Assembly (NCBI GenBank): GCA_040218735.1
Contig: JAVJQW010000011.1
Location: 288,001-352,000 of the forward strand
Length of the DNA stretch: 64,000 bases
Direction of reading: 5' to 3'
Source of the DNA: Deltaproteobacteria bacterium
GTDB taxonomy: Bacteria; Myxococcota; Kuafuiibacteriia; Kuafuiibacteriales; Kuafuiibacteriaceae
Part shown: in pieces, positions 27,157 to 37,700 of the stretch
Layout: each line of letters opens with the position of its first letter
Numbering within the stretch: the first letter of the stretch is position 1
The notes under the pieces: model-generated
Told to the model about the DNA's origin: nothing
Seen by the model: only the letters and a program-made list of their open reading frames with translations
Database searches by the model: none
Position numbers and translations under genes: made by a program

Positions 27157-29655
27157 GTGGCCGATCTCGACAAGTACTACGCGAAGCGCTCCGGCGATCG
27201 CACGCCCGAACCGTACGGCGGCACCCAGCGCGGCGCCGGCACCCGCGCGTTCGTGGTCCAAAAACACGCGGCCCGGCGCCTCCACTACGACCTGCGCCTG
27301 GAGATGGACGGCGTCCTGAAGTCGTGGGCCGTCCCGCGCGGCCCGTCGTTCGATCCTGCGGTGAAACGCCTCGCCGTCATGACCGAGGACCACCCGCTCG
27401 ACTACAAGGACTTCGAGGGTGTCATCCCCGCCGGCAACTACGGCGCCGGCGCGATGATCGTCTGGGATCGCGGCACGTGGATCCCGATCGAGGAGAAGGG
27501 CGCGACCCTCGAGGAGGGCAAGCTCCTCTTCGAGCTCAAGGGCCAGAAGCTCCGCGGCGTCTTCACGCTCGTGAAGACCAAGGGCGAGAGCAACGAGTGG
27601 CTCCTCATCAAGAAACCCGACGCGTGGGCCGCCGAGGAAGGAACGCGCCAGGTCTCGTCCGCTTCGATCCTCTCCGGCCTCACCGTCGAAGATCTCGCAC
27701 GCGGCAGAAAGACCGGCCCCGAGATCGTCGAGCAGCTCGAGGCGATCGGCGCGCCGAAGCTCCCGGTCGACTTCGAGAACCTCGAAGCGATGAAGGCCGC
27801 CACGGCCGAGGGCCCCTTCTCGAAGCCAGGGTGGCTCTTCGAGCTGAAGTACGACGGCTTCCGCCTCCTCGTCGAAAAGGACGGCTCCCGGATCCGCCTC
27901 CGCTACCGCAGCGGCAAGGACGCGACGGACGTCTACCCCGACCTCGTCGTCGCGCTCCGCGCGTTCCCGTTCGACCACTTCATCCTCGACGCCGAGGTCG
28001 TCGTGCTCGACGACGACAGCAAGCCGAGCTTTTCGCGCCTCCAGAAGCGGACGCAGCTCGTACGGAAGATGGACATCGACCGCGCGTCGATCAGCTACCC
28101 CGCGACGCTCTACGTCTTCGACCTCCTCGCGTTCGAAGGCTTCGACCTCCGCGGCCTCCCGCTCGTCGAACGCAAGGCGGCCCTCCGCAAGGTCATCCTC
28201 GCGCAAGGTGTCTTGCGGTTCTCGGATCACATCGAGACACGCGGCGAAGACTTCTTCGCGCAGGTCGAGAAGATGGGCCTGGAGGGCATCGTCGCGAAGC
28301 GCGCCGACTCGAAGTACATCGCCGGGCGCTCGCAGGACTGGCTCAAGCTCCGCGTCGAGCAGTCCGAGGACTTCGTCGTCGTCGGCTTCACGGAACCCAA
28401 GCGCGACACCCGCACCGGCTTCTCCGGCCTCCTCCTCGGCGAGTACGTCGGCCACGAACTGCGTTACGTCGGGAGCGTCGGCAGCGGCTTCACCGAGCAG
28501 CTCCTCACCGACATCCGCGCCGAGCTCGACGCCATCACCTGCGACACGCCGCAGTTCACGGGCGACCCGATCCCCTCCGACCGCAACCGTTGGGTCGAGC
28601 CGAAGCTCGTCGTGGAGGTGCGCTACCTCGCGTACACCGACGAGCGGCAGCTCAGGCACCCCGTGTTCATCCGCCTGCGCGACGACAAAAGCGTCGCCGA
28701 GATGAAGGACGACGATCCGGATCTCGCACCCACCGCGCCGCAGGCGCCCGCGACGGAGGAAGCCGCCGCCGTCCGCGTCCCCTTCACCAACCTCGACAAG
28801 GTGTTCTGGCCCGAGGAGGGTTACACGAAGGGCGACCTCATCGAATTCTATCGCGCGATCAGCGCGAACATCCTGCCGTATCTGGAGGACCGCCCCGTGG
28901 TCCTCACGCGCTACCCGGACGGCATCGACGGCAAGAACTTCTTCCAGAAGGACGCGCCCGGGCACATCCCCGGCTGGGTCCGCACCGAGCGCATGTGGAG
29001 CGAGCACGCGAGCCGCGAGATCGACTACTTCGTCGCCGACGACGAAGACACACTCCTGTACATCATCAACCTCGGGTCCATCCCGCTGCACGTGTGGTCG
29101 AGCCGGGTCTCGGAGATCGGTCGCCCCGACTGGACGATCCTCGATCTCGATCCCAAGGGCGCGCCGTTCACGGACGTCGTGAAGATCGCCCTCGCCATCA
29201 AGGCGCTCTGCGACGACATCGGCCTGCCCTGCTACCCGAAGACCTCCGGCTCCACCGGCCTGCACGTCCTCGTCCCCCTCGGGCGGCAGTGCACCTACGA
29301 ACAGTCACGCGGGCTCGCGGAGCTCATCGCGCGCATCATCGTGGAGGAGCTCTCGGACATCGCGACCGTCGCGCGCAACATCAACGCGCGCGGCGGCAAG
29401 GTCTACATCGACTTCGGCCAGAACGGACACGGTCGCCTGCTCGTGTCCCCGCTCTGCGTTCGCCCCCGCCCTGGCGCGACCGTGTCGACGCCGCTCACCT
29501 GGGACGAAGTCACCCTCGACCTCGACCCGGACCAGTTCACGATCCGCACCGTCCCCGAACGCCTCGCCGCGCAGGACCACGATCCGCTGCGCGCGATCTT
29601 CGACGACAAGCCGGACCTCGCGAAGGCGCTGGCGAAGCTCTCGAAGCGGATGTGA
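27157..29655 (+). CDS. ligD: DNA ligase D (phosphoesterase-ligase-polymerase)
   Basis: FVVQKHAARRLHYDLRLE, ELKYDGFR, EGIVAKR, RYPDGI....FFQK, DLDP, KTSGSTGLH. Confidence 0.96.
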   Translation: MADLDKYYAKRSGDRTPEPYGGTQRGAGTRAFVVQKHAARRLHYDLRLEMDGVLKSWAVPRGPSFDPAVKRLAVMTEDHPLDYKDFEGVIPAGNYGAGAMIVWDRGTWIPIEEKGATLEEGKLLFELKGQKLRGVFTLVKTKGESNEWLLIKKPDAWAAEEGTRQVSSASILSGLTVEDLARGRKTGPEIVEQLEAIGAPKLPVDFENLEAMKAATAEGPFSKPGWLFELKYDGFRLLVEKDGSRIRLRYRSGKDATDVYPDLVVALRAFPFDHFILDAEVVVLDDDSKPSFSRLQKRTQLVRKMDIDRASISYPATLYVFDLLAFEGFDLRGLPLVERKAALRKVILAQGVLRFSDHIETRGEDFFAQVEKMGLEGIVAKRADSKYIAGRSQDWLKLRVEQSEDFVVVGFTEPKRDTRTGFSGLLLGEYVGHELRYVGSVGSGFTEQLLTDIRAELDAITCDTPQFTGDPIPSDRNRWVEPKLVVEVRYLAYTDERQLRHPVFIRLRDDKSVAEMKDDDPDLAPTAPQAPATEEAAAVRVPFTNLDKVFWPEEGYTKGDLIEFYRAISANILPYLEDRPVVLTRYPDGIDGKNFFQKDAPGHIPGWVRTERMWSEHASREIDYFVADDEDTLLYIINLGSIPLHVWSSRVSEIGRPDWTILDLDPKGAPFTDVVKIALAIKALCDDIGLPCYPKTSGSTGLHVLVPLGRQCTYEQSRGLAELIARIIVEELSDIATVARNINARGGKVYIDFGQNGHGRLLVSPLCVRPRPGATVSTPLTWDEVTLDLDPDQFTIRTVPERLAAQDHDPLRAIFDDKPDLAKALAKLSKRM

Positions 29656-29665
29656 TCGGAGCGGA

Positions 29666-31432
29666 TCACTGCGTCTCGGTACGTTCGTCGAGCCACTCCT
29701 CGATGTCCGAGGACGCCTGCGGCTGGCTCAACAGATACCCCTGGATGCTGCGGCACCCGATGTCGCGCAGCGACTCCAGCTGCTCGACGGTCTCGACGCC
29801 CTCGGCGACGATCTCCAGATCGAGGCTCCGCCCGAGCCCGACGATCGCGGAGACGATCGCCCGGTGGCGATTCGACGTGAGGAGCTGCTCTACGAAGCTC
29901 TTGTCGATCTTGAGGATGTCGATCGGGTAGTTCACGAGGTACGCGAGCGACGAGTACCCCGTGCCGAAGTCGTCCATCGCGAGCCGCACCCCGAGCCGCT
30001 GCAGCGCCTCCAACATGCGGTGGCTGCGCGCCGACTGCTCGATGAGGATGCTCTCGGTGATCTCCAGCTCCAGGTTGCGCGCGGGGAGCGCCGTCTCCTC
30101 GAGCAGATCGCTCACCGTGTCGACGAACGTCTGGTCCTCGAGCTGACGGGCGGAGACGTTCACCGCGACCCGGAAGTCGCCGAAGCCCTCGTCGAGCCAC
30201 CACTTCATCTGCTGCATCGCGCGACGCAACACCCAGCGCCCGACCTCTCCGATCATCCCCGACTGCTCCATGAGCGGGATGAACCGCGACGGCGCGAGGT
30301 GGCCGAGCCGCGGGTGATTCCAGCGCAGGAGCGCCTCCATCCCGACGAGCCGCCCGTCCGTGAGCTGCACCTTCGGCTGGTAGTAGACGTCGAGCTCACC
30401 GGTCGCGAGCGCGCGCTCGACTTCACACGTCGTGTCGAACAAATCACCCGTGCTGATGTCGGGCTCGTCCTGGGAGATCTCGAAGCGGTTCCTTCCGCGC
30501 TGCTTGGCGCGGTACATCGCGCGGTCGGCGCGCTCCATCATCGCGTCGGCCGTCCGCACGTGGTCCGCGGAGATCGCGACGCCGACGCTCGTCGACATGC
30601 TGATCTGGCGACCACACACGTCGAACGGCCGTTCGAACGCGTCGATGATCCGCTGGGCGACGATCGTCGCGTCGTCGAGGCGACGCACGCCCTCCAACAG
30701 GATCGTGAACTCGTCGCCGCCGAGGCGCGCGACGGTTTCACCTTCGCGCACACAGTCGAGCAGACGGCCCGCGACCTGCTGGAGGAGCGCGTCGCCCGCG
30801 TCGTGCCCGCGCGTGTCGTTGATCGCCTTGAAGCGATCGAGATCGAGGAACATCACCGCGACGCGGGTGCGGTGCTTCGGCGCGCTGTTCAGCGCCTGCG
30901 CCACACGCTCCAGGAAGAGCGCACGGTTGGCGAGCCCGGTCAGCTGGTCGTAGTGCGCGAGGTACACCAGGCGGGCCTCGGCGCGCTTGCGCTCGATGGC
31001 GTAGCGAAGCGCCTGCCCGAGCGCCGGCGCGTCGAGCTTCGTCTTGTCGAGGTAGTCCTGTGCGCCCATCTGCACCGCGCGCAGCCCCATGTTCGTGCAG
31101 CCGCGGTTCGTCAGCGCGACGATCGGGATCTCCGGGACCGCGACGCTGATCGCCACGACCGCGTCCACGCCCTCGCCGTCCGGCAGTGAGCAACCCAGGA
31201 GCACCGCGTCGTAGTCGTCGGTCGCGAGGGTCGCCCGCGCCTCCGCCAACGAGCGCACCCGGGCGACGCTCGTCGTCCACCCCTCCACCTCCTCGAGCAA
31301 CGTCATGATGCTGCGCGCGTCGGTGTCCGCCCCCTCGACGAGCAAGACCCGCCGACTCCACTTCGGAGCCACGGGCGCCAGCACCCCGACCCCCGCCTCG
31401 ACCAACGCCCCCTGCTCGGCTGCTCGAACCAC
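29666..31432 (-). CDS. REC-GGDEF-EAL cyclic-di-GMP signalling protein
   Basis: RLGGDEF, EALLRW, DDFGTGYSS; N-terminal receiver-like domain. Confidence 0.93.
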   Translation of the reverse strand: MVRAAEQGALVEAGVGVLAPVAPKWSRRVLLVEGADTDARSIMTLLEEVEGWTTSVARVRSLAEARATLATDDYDAVLLGCSLPDGEGVDAVVAISVAVPEIPIVALTNRGCTNMGLRAVQMGAQDYLDKTKLDAPALGQALRYAIERKRAEARLVYLAHYDQLTGLANRALFLERVAQALNSAPKHRTRVAVMFLDLDRFKAINDTRGHDAGDALLQQVAGRLLDCVREGETVARLGGDEFTILLEGVRRLDDATIVAQRIIDAFERPFDVCGRQISMSTSVGVAISADHVRTADAMMERADRAMYRAKQRGRNRFEISQDEPDISTGDLFDTTCEVERALATGELDVYYQPKVQLTDGRLVGMEALLRWNHPRLGHLAPSRFIPLMEQSGMIGEVGRWVLRRAMQQMKWWLDEGFGDFRVAVNVSARQLEDQTFVDTVSDLLEETALPARNLELEITESILIEQSARSHRMLEALQRLGVRLAMDDFGTGYSSLAYLVNYPIDILKIDKSFVEQLLTSNRHRAIVSAIVGLGRSLDLEIVAEGVETVEQLESLRDIGCRSIQGYLLSQPQASSDIEEWLDERTETQ

Positions 31433-31516
31433 GCGCCCGTAGACCCCACCCGATCGTTCGGTCGTCGGGTGGTCGATCTTGAGTCATTTCTTGTCTCGCG
31501 TTGATATGAACGGGCG

Positions 31517-32146
31517 ATGCCGGCCGGACTGCGCGTGGAAGACCTGACGGTCGCCCTCGACGGGGAACGCAAGGCCCGGTGCAGCTTCACGCTCGCGCCC
31601 GGTGAGCGGTGCGCCCTGACCGGGCCGTCGGGCTCCGGTAAGACCACGCTGCTACGCGGGATCGCCCAGCTCGTGGCCCCCGTCTCGGGGACCGTACACC
31701 TCGACGATCAGCCCCCCGAGGCGCTCGGCTACCCCGCGTACCGTCGGCGGGTCGTGTACGTCGGGCAGCGCCCCGCGCTCACTGCGGCGACGGTCCGCGC
31801 CAACCTCGAAGCGGCCTTTTCGTACCGCGCCGCGTCGAAGCCCTTCGTCCTCGAAGGAGCGCAGACGTGCCTGGAGGCGCTGCGCCTGCGCGACGTCCTC
31901 GACCGACCGGCGCGCGAGCTCTCGGTCGGGGAGCAACAGCGCGTCGCGTTCGTGCGCGCGTTCCTCCTCGCGCCCGACGTGTTCCTCCTCGACGAGCCGA
32001 CGAGCGCCCTCGACCCCGACGCCGAAGCCGCCCTGGAGGCACTCCTCGACGCCGACCGTGACCGACGCCAATCGAGCACCGTCATCGTCACCCACCAGAC
32101 CGCACAGGCCGAGCGCCTCGGCGCCGCGCGGGTGGAGGTCGCTTGA
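31517..32146 (+). CDS. ABC transporter ATP-binding protein (FetA/YbbL-like)
   Basis: GPSGSGKT, LSVGEQQR, LLDEPTSALD. Confidence 0.88.
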   Translation: MPAGLRVEDLTVALDGERKARCSFTLAPGERCALTGPSGSGKTTLLRGIAQLVAPVSGTVHLDDQPPEALGYPAYRRRVVYVGQRPALTAATVRANLEAAFSYRAASKPFVLEGAQTCLEALRLRDVLDRPARELSVGEQQRVAFVRAFLLAPDVFLLDEPTSALDPDAEAALEALLDADRDRRQSSTVIVTHQTAQAERLGAARVEVA

Positions 32147-32943
32147 GCCAGACCATCGCGCTGACCCCCGTCGACCTCGTGATCGCGACGGCGCTCGTCT
32201 TCGTCGCCGGGGCGGTGAGCGTCCTGTTGCGGCTCGGCCTCGAACGCCGCCTCGCGGTCGCCTCCGTCCGCACCCTCGTTCAGCTCGGGCTCCTCGGTTA
32301 CGTGCTGCGTTGGGTCTTCGGCCACGACACGCCGTGGCCGGTGCTGGTGTGGATCGCGGTGATGATCGCGGCGGCGGGGCGCGCCGCGGTCGCGCGTTCG
32401 TCGCGCAAGTACGGCCACGTCCACCTGGACGCGTTCCTCACGCTCGCGCTGACCAGCCTCGCGACGACGTTCACGGTGACCGGCGCGGTCGTCGGCGTTC
32501 AGCCCTGGTATCAGGCGCAGTACGTCATCCCGCTCCTCGGGATGGTGCTCGGGAACTCACTCACCGGGATCTCGCTCGCGCTCGACCACCTGCTGGAGTC
32601 GCTCGACGCGAAGCGGGAGTTGATCGAAGCGCACCTCGCGCTCGGCGCGACGCGCTGGGAGGCGGCGCGCGAGCCGCTCGCGGAGGCGGTGCGGCGCGGG
32701 ATGATTCCGATCATCAACTCGATGTCGGTGGTGGGGCTGGTGTCGTTGCCCGGGATGATGACGGGGCAGATCCTCTCGGGCGAGGACCCGGTCGACGCGG
32801 TCAAGTATCAGCTCGTGGTGATGTTCATGCTCGCGGCGTCGACGTCACTCGGGTGCATCGTGATCGCGCTGCTCGCGTACCGACGCCTCTTCGACGCGGC
32901 GCACCGGCTCCGCGCGGATCACATCAACGCTGCTTCTTCTTGA
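32143..32943 (+). CDS. fetB: ABC permease FetB/YbbM (UPF0014)
   Basis: RTLVQL, QYVIPLLGMVLGNS, VGLVSLPGMMTGQILSG.P..AVKYQ. Confidence 0.88.
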   Translation: MSQTIALTPVDLVIATALVFVAGAVSVLLRLGLERRLAVASVRTLVQLGLLGYVLRWVFGHDTPWPVLVWIAVMIAAAGRAAVARSSRKYGHVHLDAFLTLALTSLATTFTVTGAVVGVQPWYQAQYVIPLLGMVLGNSLTGISLALDHLLESLDAKRELIEAHLALGATRWEAAREPLAEAVRRGMIPIINSMSVVGLVSLPGMMTGQILSGEDPVDAVKYQLVVMFMLAASTSLGCIVIALLAYRRLFDAAHRLRADHINAASS

Positions 32944-33325
32944 GGGCCTCGAGCTGCTCGCGCACGGCGCGTTCCTTCGCCTCCGCTTCGGAAGCGATGC
33001 GCCGCGACTCGCTCTTCTCCTCGTAGGAGGAGCGCAGCGCGCGGATCTTGTTGCGCGCCAGGTAGTACGCACCGCCGCCGAGCCCCGCGATGAAGACGAG
33101 CCCGAGCAGCCAGCGGAAGAGGTCGGCGAACAGACCCGACAGGAACAGCAGCCCGAACACCGACACGATCACCACGACGACCGCGCCGATCTTCATCAGG
33201 CGCTGCTTGCGCTTCCGCTCGGCCTCGGCGCGCTCGGGGTCAGTGAGCTGCTCGATACCGCGCTCGACGACCTCCGCGCCGAGTCGCGCGCCCGCCCCGC
33301 GGAAGATGGCGTCGAAGAGGCTCAC
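32924..33325 (-). CDS. Small 2-TM hypothetical protein with a C-terminal coiled coil
   Basis: Two hydrophobic segments; GTGA-coupled to the upstream gene. Confidence 0.65.
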   Translation of the reverse strand: MSLFDAIFRGAGARLGAEVVERGIEQLTDPERAEAERKRKQRLMKIGAVVVVIVSVFGLLFLSGLFADLFRWLLGLVFIAGLGGGAYYLARNKIRALRSSYEEKSESRRIASEAEAKERAVREQLEALKKKQR

Positions 33326-34749
33326 CCGTCGTCCAGCGTACCACGCTCCACGCGGAGCCGATCGCCGTCCACCACGCCCGGACCGTTCACGGTGGGGCCT
33401 CCCAGGCAGAGCCAGCGCGCGTTCGGTACGTGGCGTCCGACGACGAGCCGCTTCCCGACCGACACCTCGATGCCGTCCAGCTCGCAGCCCGGGCGGAAGT
33501 GCCCGCGTTCGACGTCGAAGCCGCGCGGCTTCAGCCCACGCACGAGGGTGTCGAGCTGCGGCGCAAACGTGCTCGGCGCGCGCCCCTCGCGCGCCATGAC
33601 GACCACGAAGTCATCATCGACGAAGACAATCCAGCCGACGCGAGGGCGCGAATCCGCGTCGCGCACGGTGCCGGTCTTGGTCGCGCCTTCCACGGTGAGG
33701 CCGGCCGCCGCGAGTGTGCCCTCCGTGCGGTTGGCGCGGAGCATCTTCATCAACGACGGCTCCGCCTCCGCGAGGACGCGGTAGGCCTGCGCGAGCTCGA
33801 AGGCCGACAGCTGAAGTCGCGACGCCAGGCCGATCGCCTCCGCGACGACCCGCGGGCGCACGTCGAATCGATCGAAGAGCGGCTGGTACGGACCGAATGT
33901 CGCGGGCGGCGCCCAGTCGAGGAAGTAGCCATTGCACGAGGCCAGTAACGCGTCGCGCGTCTTCATCCGCTGCGTGCGCGCGCCGCACTTCCACATCGCC
34001 GTGTCCCCCACCGGCAGGTCGGGGCCCGGACCGTGCGCCGCGACGACGAACGGCTTGAGCGTGGAGCCGAACGGCATCTTCAGCGCGGGCGCACCGCTGT
34101 GCGCGATCACCGCGCCGGAGTGTCGCGAGAGCACGACGTCGGCGTCGGCGAACACCGCCGGCACCTGGCGCGTCAGCGCCGTGACGGTGAGGAGCGCACG
34201 CCCCCCGTCCTTGCACTGCCTCATACGCTCGACGAGCGTCCGCTCCGCTTCCGCTTCCGCGAGGAGCCGCGCGATCGCCGCGCGCGCCGACGGGCGATCG
34301 TCGATCCCCTTCGCGAGCCGCGTACGCGCCTCCTGCAGCGTGATGTGTTTCGTGAGCCAGTTCGTCAGCTCGCCGCTCGTCCAGATCGCAAACGCCTCGT
34401 GGAAGAGCCGATCGTTCGCCGCCGCCGGGCACGCCGCAAGCAGGAGCTGATGCGCCAGCTCGTGCTTGAGCGCGAGGCGCTGCCGACGCGTGAACACGTC
34501 ACGGCTCGGCCGTAGCTGCACCACGCCCGGCGCGCTGCGCCCGTTCACCCCCGGCGAGAAGTCGCGCCGCGCACGCACCGCGATGTGCTCGGGGCCGGCG
34601 ACGTCGTCTCCAGTGTTCTTCTTCCACAGGCGCGTGAGCGCCGCCCAGTGCCGCTCAGCCTCGCGCTCCACGTCCGCCGTCGTACCCACGTCCGGGTCGA
34701 CGGAGAACGACGGCGCCGCCGCCAGCAGCGCGAGGACGACGACCGACAC
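33322..34749 (-). CDS. YfaQ-position protein: HExxH metallopeptidase-like domain plus PBP/transpeptidase-like domain
   Basis: LKHELAHQ...FHEAFA; PFGSTLKPF (SxxK), ASCNG (SxN), KTGT. Confidence 0.7.
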   Translation of the reverse strand: MSVVVLALLAAAPSFSVDPDVGTTADVEREAERHWAALTRLWKKNTGDDVAGPEHIAVRARRDFSPGVNGRSAPGVVQLRPSRDVFTRRQRLALKHELAHQLLLAACPAAANDRLFHEAFAIWTSGELTNWLTKHITLQEARTRLAKGIDDRPSARAAIARLLAEAEAERTLVERMRQCKDGGRALLTVTALTRQVPAVFADADVVLSRHSGAVIAHSGAPALKMPFGSTLKPFVVAAHGPGPDLPVGDTAMWKCGARTQRMKTRDALLASCNGYFLDWAPPATFGPYQPLFDRFDVRPRVVAEAIGLASRLQLSAFELAQAYRVLAEAEPSLMKMLRANRTEGTLAAAGLTVEGATKTGTVRDADSRPRVGWIVFVDDDFVVVMAREGRAPSTFAPQLDTLVRGLKPRGFDVERGHFRPGCELDGIEVSVGKRLVVGRHVPNARWLCLGGPTVNGPGVVDGDRLRVERGTLDDG

Positions 34750-34750
34750 G

Positions 34751-37700
34751 TCATTCGCCTCGCGGCTTCACCTGCAACGAAGCGCCGGCGGAGCGCCCCT
34801 GGATCGCCGGGCCGTACATGTCCTCGATCGCCGCCGGAGGCGCGACGAAGGTGCCGGCGAACTGCGCCCGCATCACGTAGCCGATCGTGCGCGTGGAGCG
34901 GCTCCACCAGGTGGGCTCGTCGAAGAACCATGTCGCCCGCTCGGGCGAGAAGGTCCGACGCCGTAACGACTCGTGGTCGAGCGGCAACGCGTACGGCGCG
35001 CCGCGGTACGCCTTGTCCTCCTGGAGCACGACGAACCCCGCAGGCACGTCGTCGGTCACGACGTAGTACGCAGACCGCCGACCGCGCAGCGACTCGTCGC
35101 CCTGGGCGTCGAAGCTCAACTCCACGTAGACCTCGTCGCCCACCGTGACCTCGCCGCCGCTGGAAATCGGCGTCCGCGATCCGTCCGGCCCGATCGCGAA
35201 GTACTTCTTGGTGATCGACATCCCGTTGGACGTCGCCTTCGCCGAAGCGCCGGGCACCGACACCTTCGCGGTCAGCCGCGCCACGCCGTCGAAGTCGCCG
35301 ATCACCACGCGTCGCGCGGCGGCGTCGAGGCCATGCACACTCCCGAGCCCGCGCGACACCGCCGCCGCGACCTCGCCGTTGTCCACGGTGACCTTCGGCA
35401 GCTTCGACTTCGCCGCGCCGGCCTCCATCTTCAGGAGCCACTGGCTGTGCAGCAGGAACGTGCTGCGGTCGAACGTCGCCGCCCCGAGGCTCCGCGCGAC
35501 GGCCCCCCGCATCCGCTCACGGATGGTCTCGGGCGCCGCACCACCCACGAATGCGGCGTGACCGAGGAGCGCGCCGAGGCCGACGTCGCGCATCGGGAAG
35601 CGCCAGTACGCCGCCCCGTCGAACCGCTCCGACTCCAGCGTCGTCAACGCCTCCAGCGACTTCGTCGCGAGCGCGGCGACCGCGTCCTTCGCTTCTTTGT
35701 CGACGCCCGTCGCGTGCGCGGCGAGCACCGTCAGCGCGTCGACGTGGTGCGAGCCGCTCGGCCCCGCCTCCAGCTGCTGCCGCACGCGCGGCGCGTAACG
35801 TTTGCCGCCCCACCGCGCGAGCACGTAGGTCTGCATCGCGGCGAGCTCGGGCGACTCGACGGTCTGCGACTCCAACCACCGCAGCGACTTCGTCACACCG
35901 GGCTCCGCGGTGCGCACCAGGCCGGCGGTGCGCGCGTACGCGAGCCCGTCGAGCGCGATGAGCGTCAGCTCCACCGAAGGCGTGTCGTAGCCGTTGAACC
36001 ACGTGAAGCCGCCGGTCGGCAGCGCGAGGTCGAGGATCTGCGCGACGCCGCGCACCGCGCGCGAGCGTGCCTCCGAGAGCAGCGCGCGCGTCGCGGGGTC
36101 GAGCGTCGACATCGCGTCGGCGGTCTCGAGCGTCTGGTAGACCGCGACGTTCGGGATGGTCGTCGCGACGCGCTGCTCGAGGCAGCCGTAAGGATAGGCG
36201 AGCAACGAGCGCAGGTTCGCGAGCGCCACCGCGACGCTGGTCGGGAGCAACTCGAGCTCCACGGCCTCCACCGTCGCGCCCTCGTCGGGCGACAGCAGAA
36301 GGTCGCCGCCGCCGAAGCGCTCGGCGCTCTCGGTGCGGGTCACCGTCGAGCGTCGCACCGGCACCTGCTTTCGATCGCTCACGTCGAGCTCGTCGCCGCG
36401 CACCTTCGTTTCGACGCGGACGACACCGAGGCCCGTGGACGCCAACGGGATCGGCGTAACGACCTCGGTGGTGTCCGCGAGAGAGATCTTCGGCGTGCCC
36501 TGCTCCGCCTTCGCGGCGCCCTGCGTCGACCACACGACGTCGAGGCTTCCGACCTTCGCCTTGTCCCCCTTCGCGACGCGCACGGAGCCCGTTGCGACAT
36601 CGCCCTCACGGAGGAACTGCGGCACGGAGGTCACCACGGACACACGACCGCGTGTCGCGAACTCGGAGGTCGACTCCCCGAAGCGCCCCGAGTCGTCCGC
36701 GGCCACAGCGGTGATCGTCCAGAGCGTCTGGTTGCCGGGCAGCCTGAAGCGCACCGTCGCGCGCCCGTCCGGCCCGGTGCGGACGGACGGGTTCCAGTAG
36801 GCGGTGTCCTCCTTCTCCTCCATCGTCGGCGGCTTGATGGAAGCAAACGTGTGCGACGCAAAGCCGTTGAGCATCGCGATGCGCTCGCCGTAGCCGTACC
36901 CCGCGAAGTCGAGCGAATAGAAGCTCGTCACGTTGTTGCGGACGATCGGGTAGAAGAACTCCAGGACGTTCGGACGGAACTCGCGCTGCAGCGCGTAGAT
37001 CGCCTTGTCGACCACGCCGACCGAGACCGACGACTCGACGCCGCGCCCCTCGTGGTCCGTCACGACGATCTCCACCGACTGCTGCGACAACGGCTGCGCC
37101 TCGCGTTTCATCGCCTCGATCGTCACGCGTAGCGCCCGCTCCTTCGGGACGATCGTGAACGGAACGATCCGCTCCTCCCACCGCCCCGAGCGCGACGGGT
37201 ACGCGACGGACGCATAGACCGCGCTGCCGAAGCGCGCCTCGATCGGGAACGCGTACACCAGCGTGCGCCCTTCGAACTCGACCATCTTCGACTCGAAGAT
37301 CTTCGTGCCCTGCAGCGTGAGCCACACGAACCCGCGGTTGTTCCCGCCCGGGCCCCAGTCGTTCGGGAGCAGCGCCACGACCTCGGCCGTGTCGCCGAGC
37401 TCCATCGTCCCGCCGAGGCTCTCGGTGGTGAGCACCGGCACCTGGACGATCGGCTCGCCGTCGCGCCCCGCGACGAGGATCGACGTCGAGCCCTTCCAGG
37501 TGTGTGCGTCGGCGTCGTCGAGCTCGACCTCCGCGAGCAGCCGCCCCACGCCCGACTTCGGATATTTGCCGCGCCACACGCCGTCGAGGTCGGTGGTGAA
37601 GGTCGCCTTGCCGACCTCCTCCCGCGCGCCGTCCGCCTTCTCGAGGACAAACGTCACGCGCCCCGACGCGGACGCGTAGACCTTGCCGCTCGGCGTCGTG

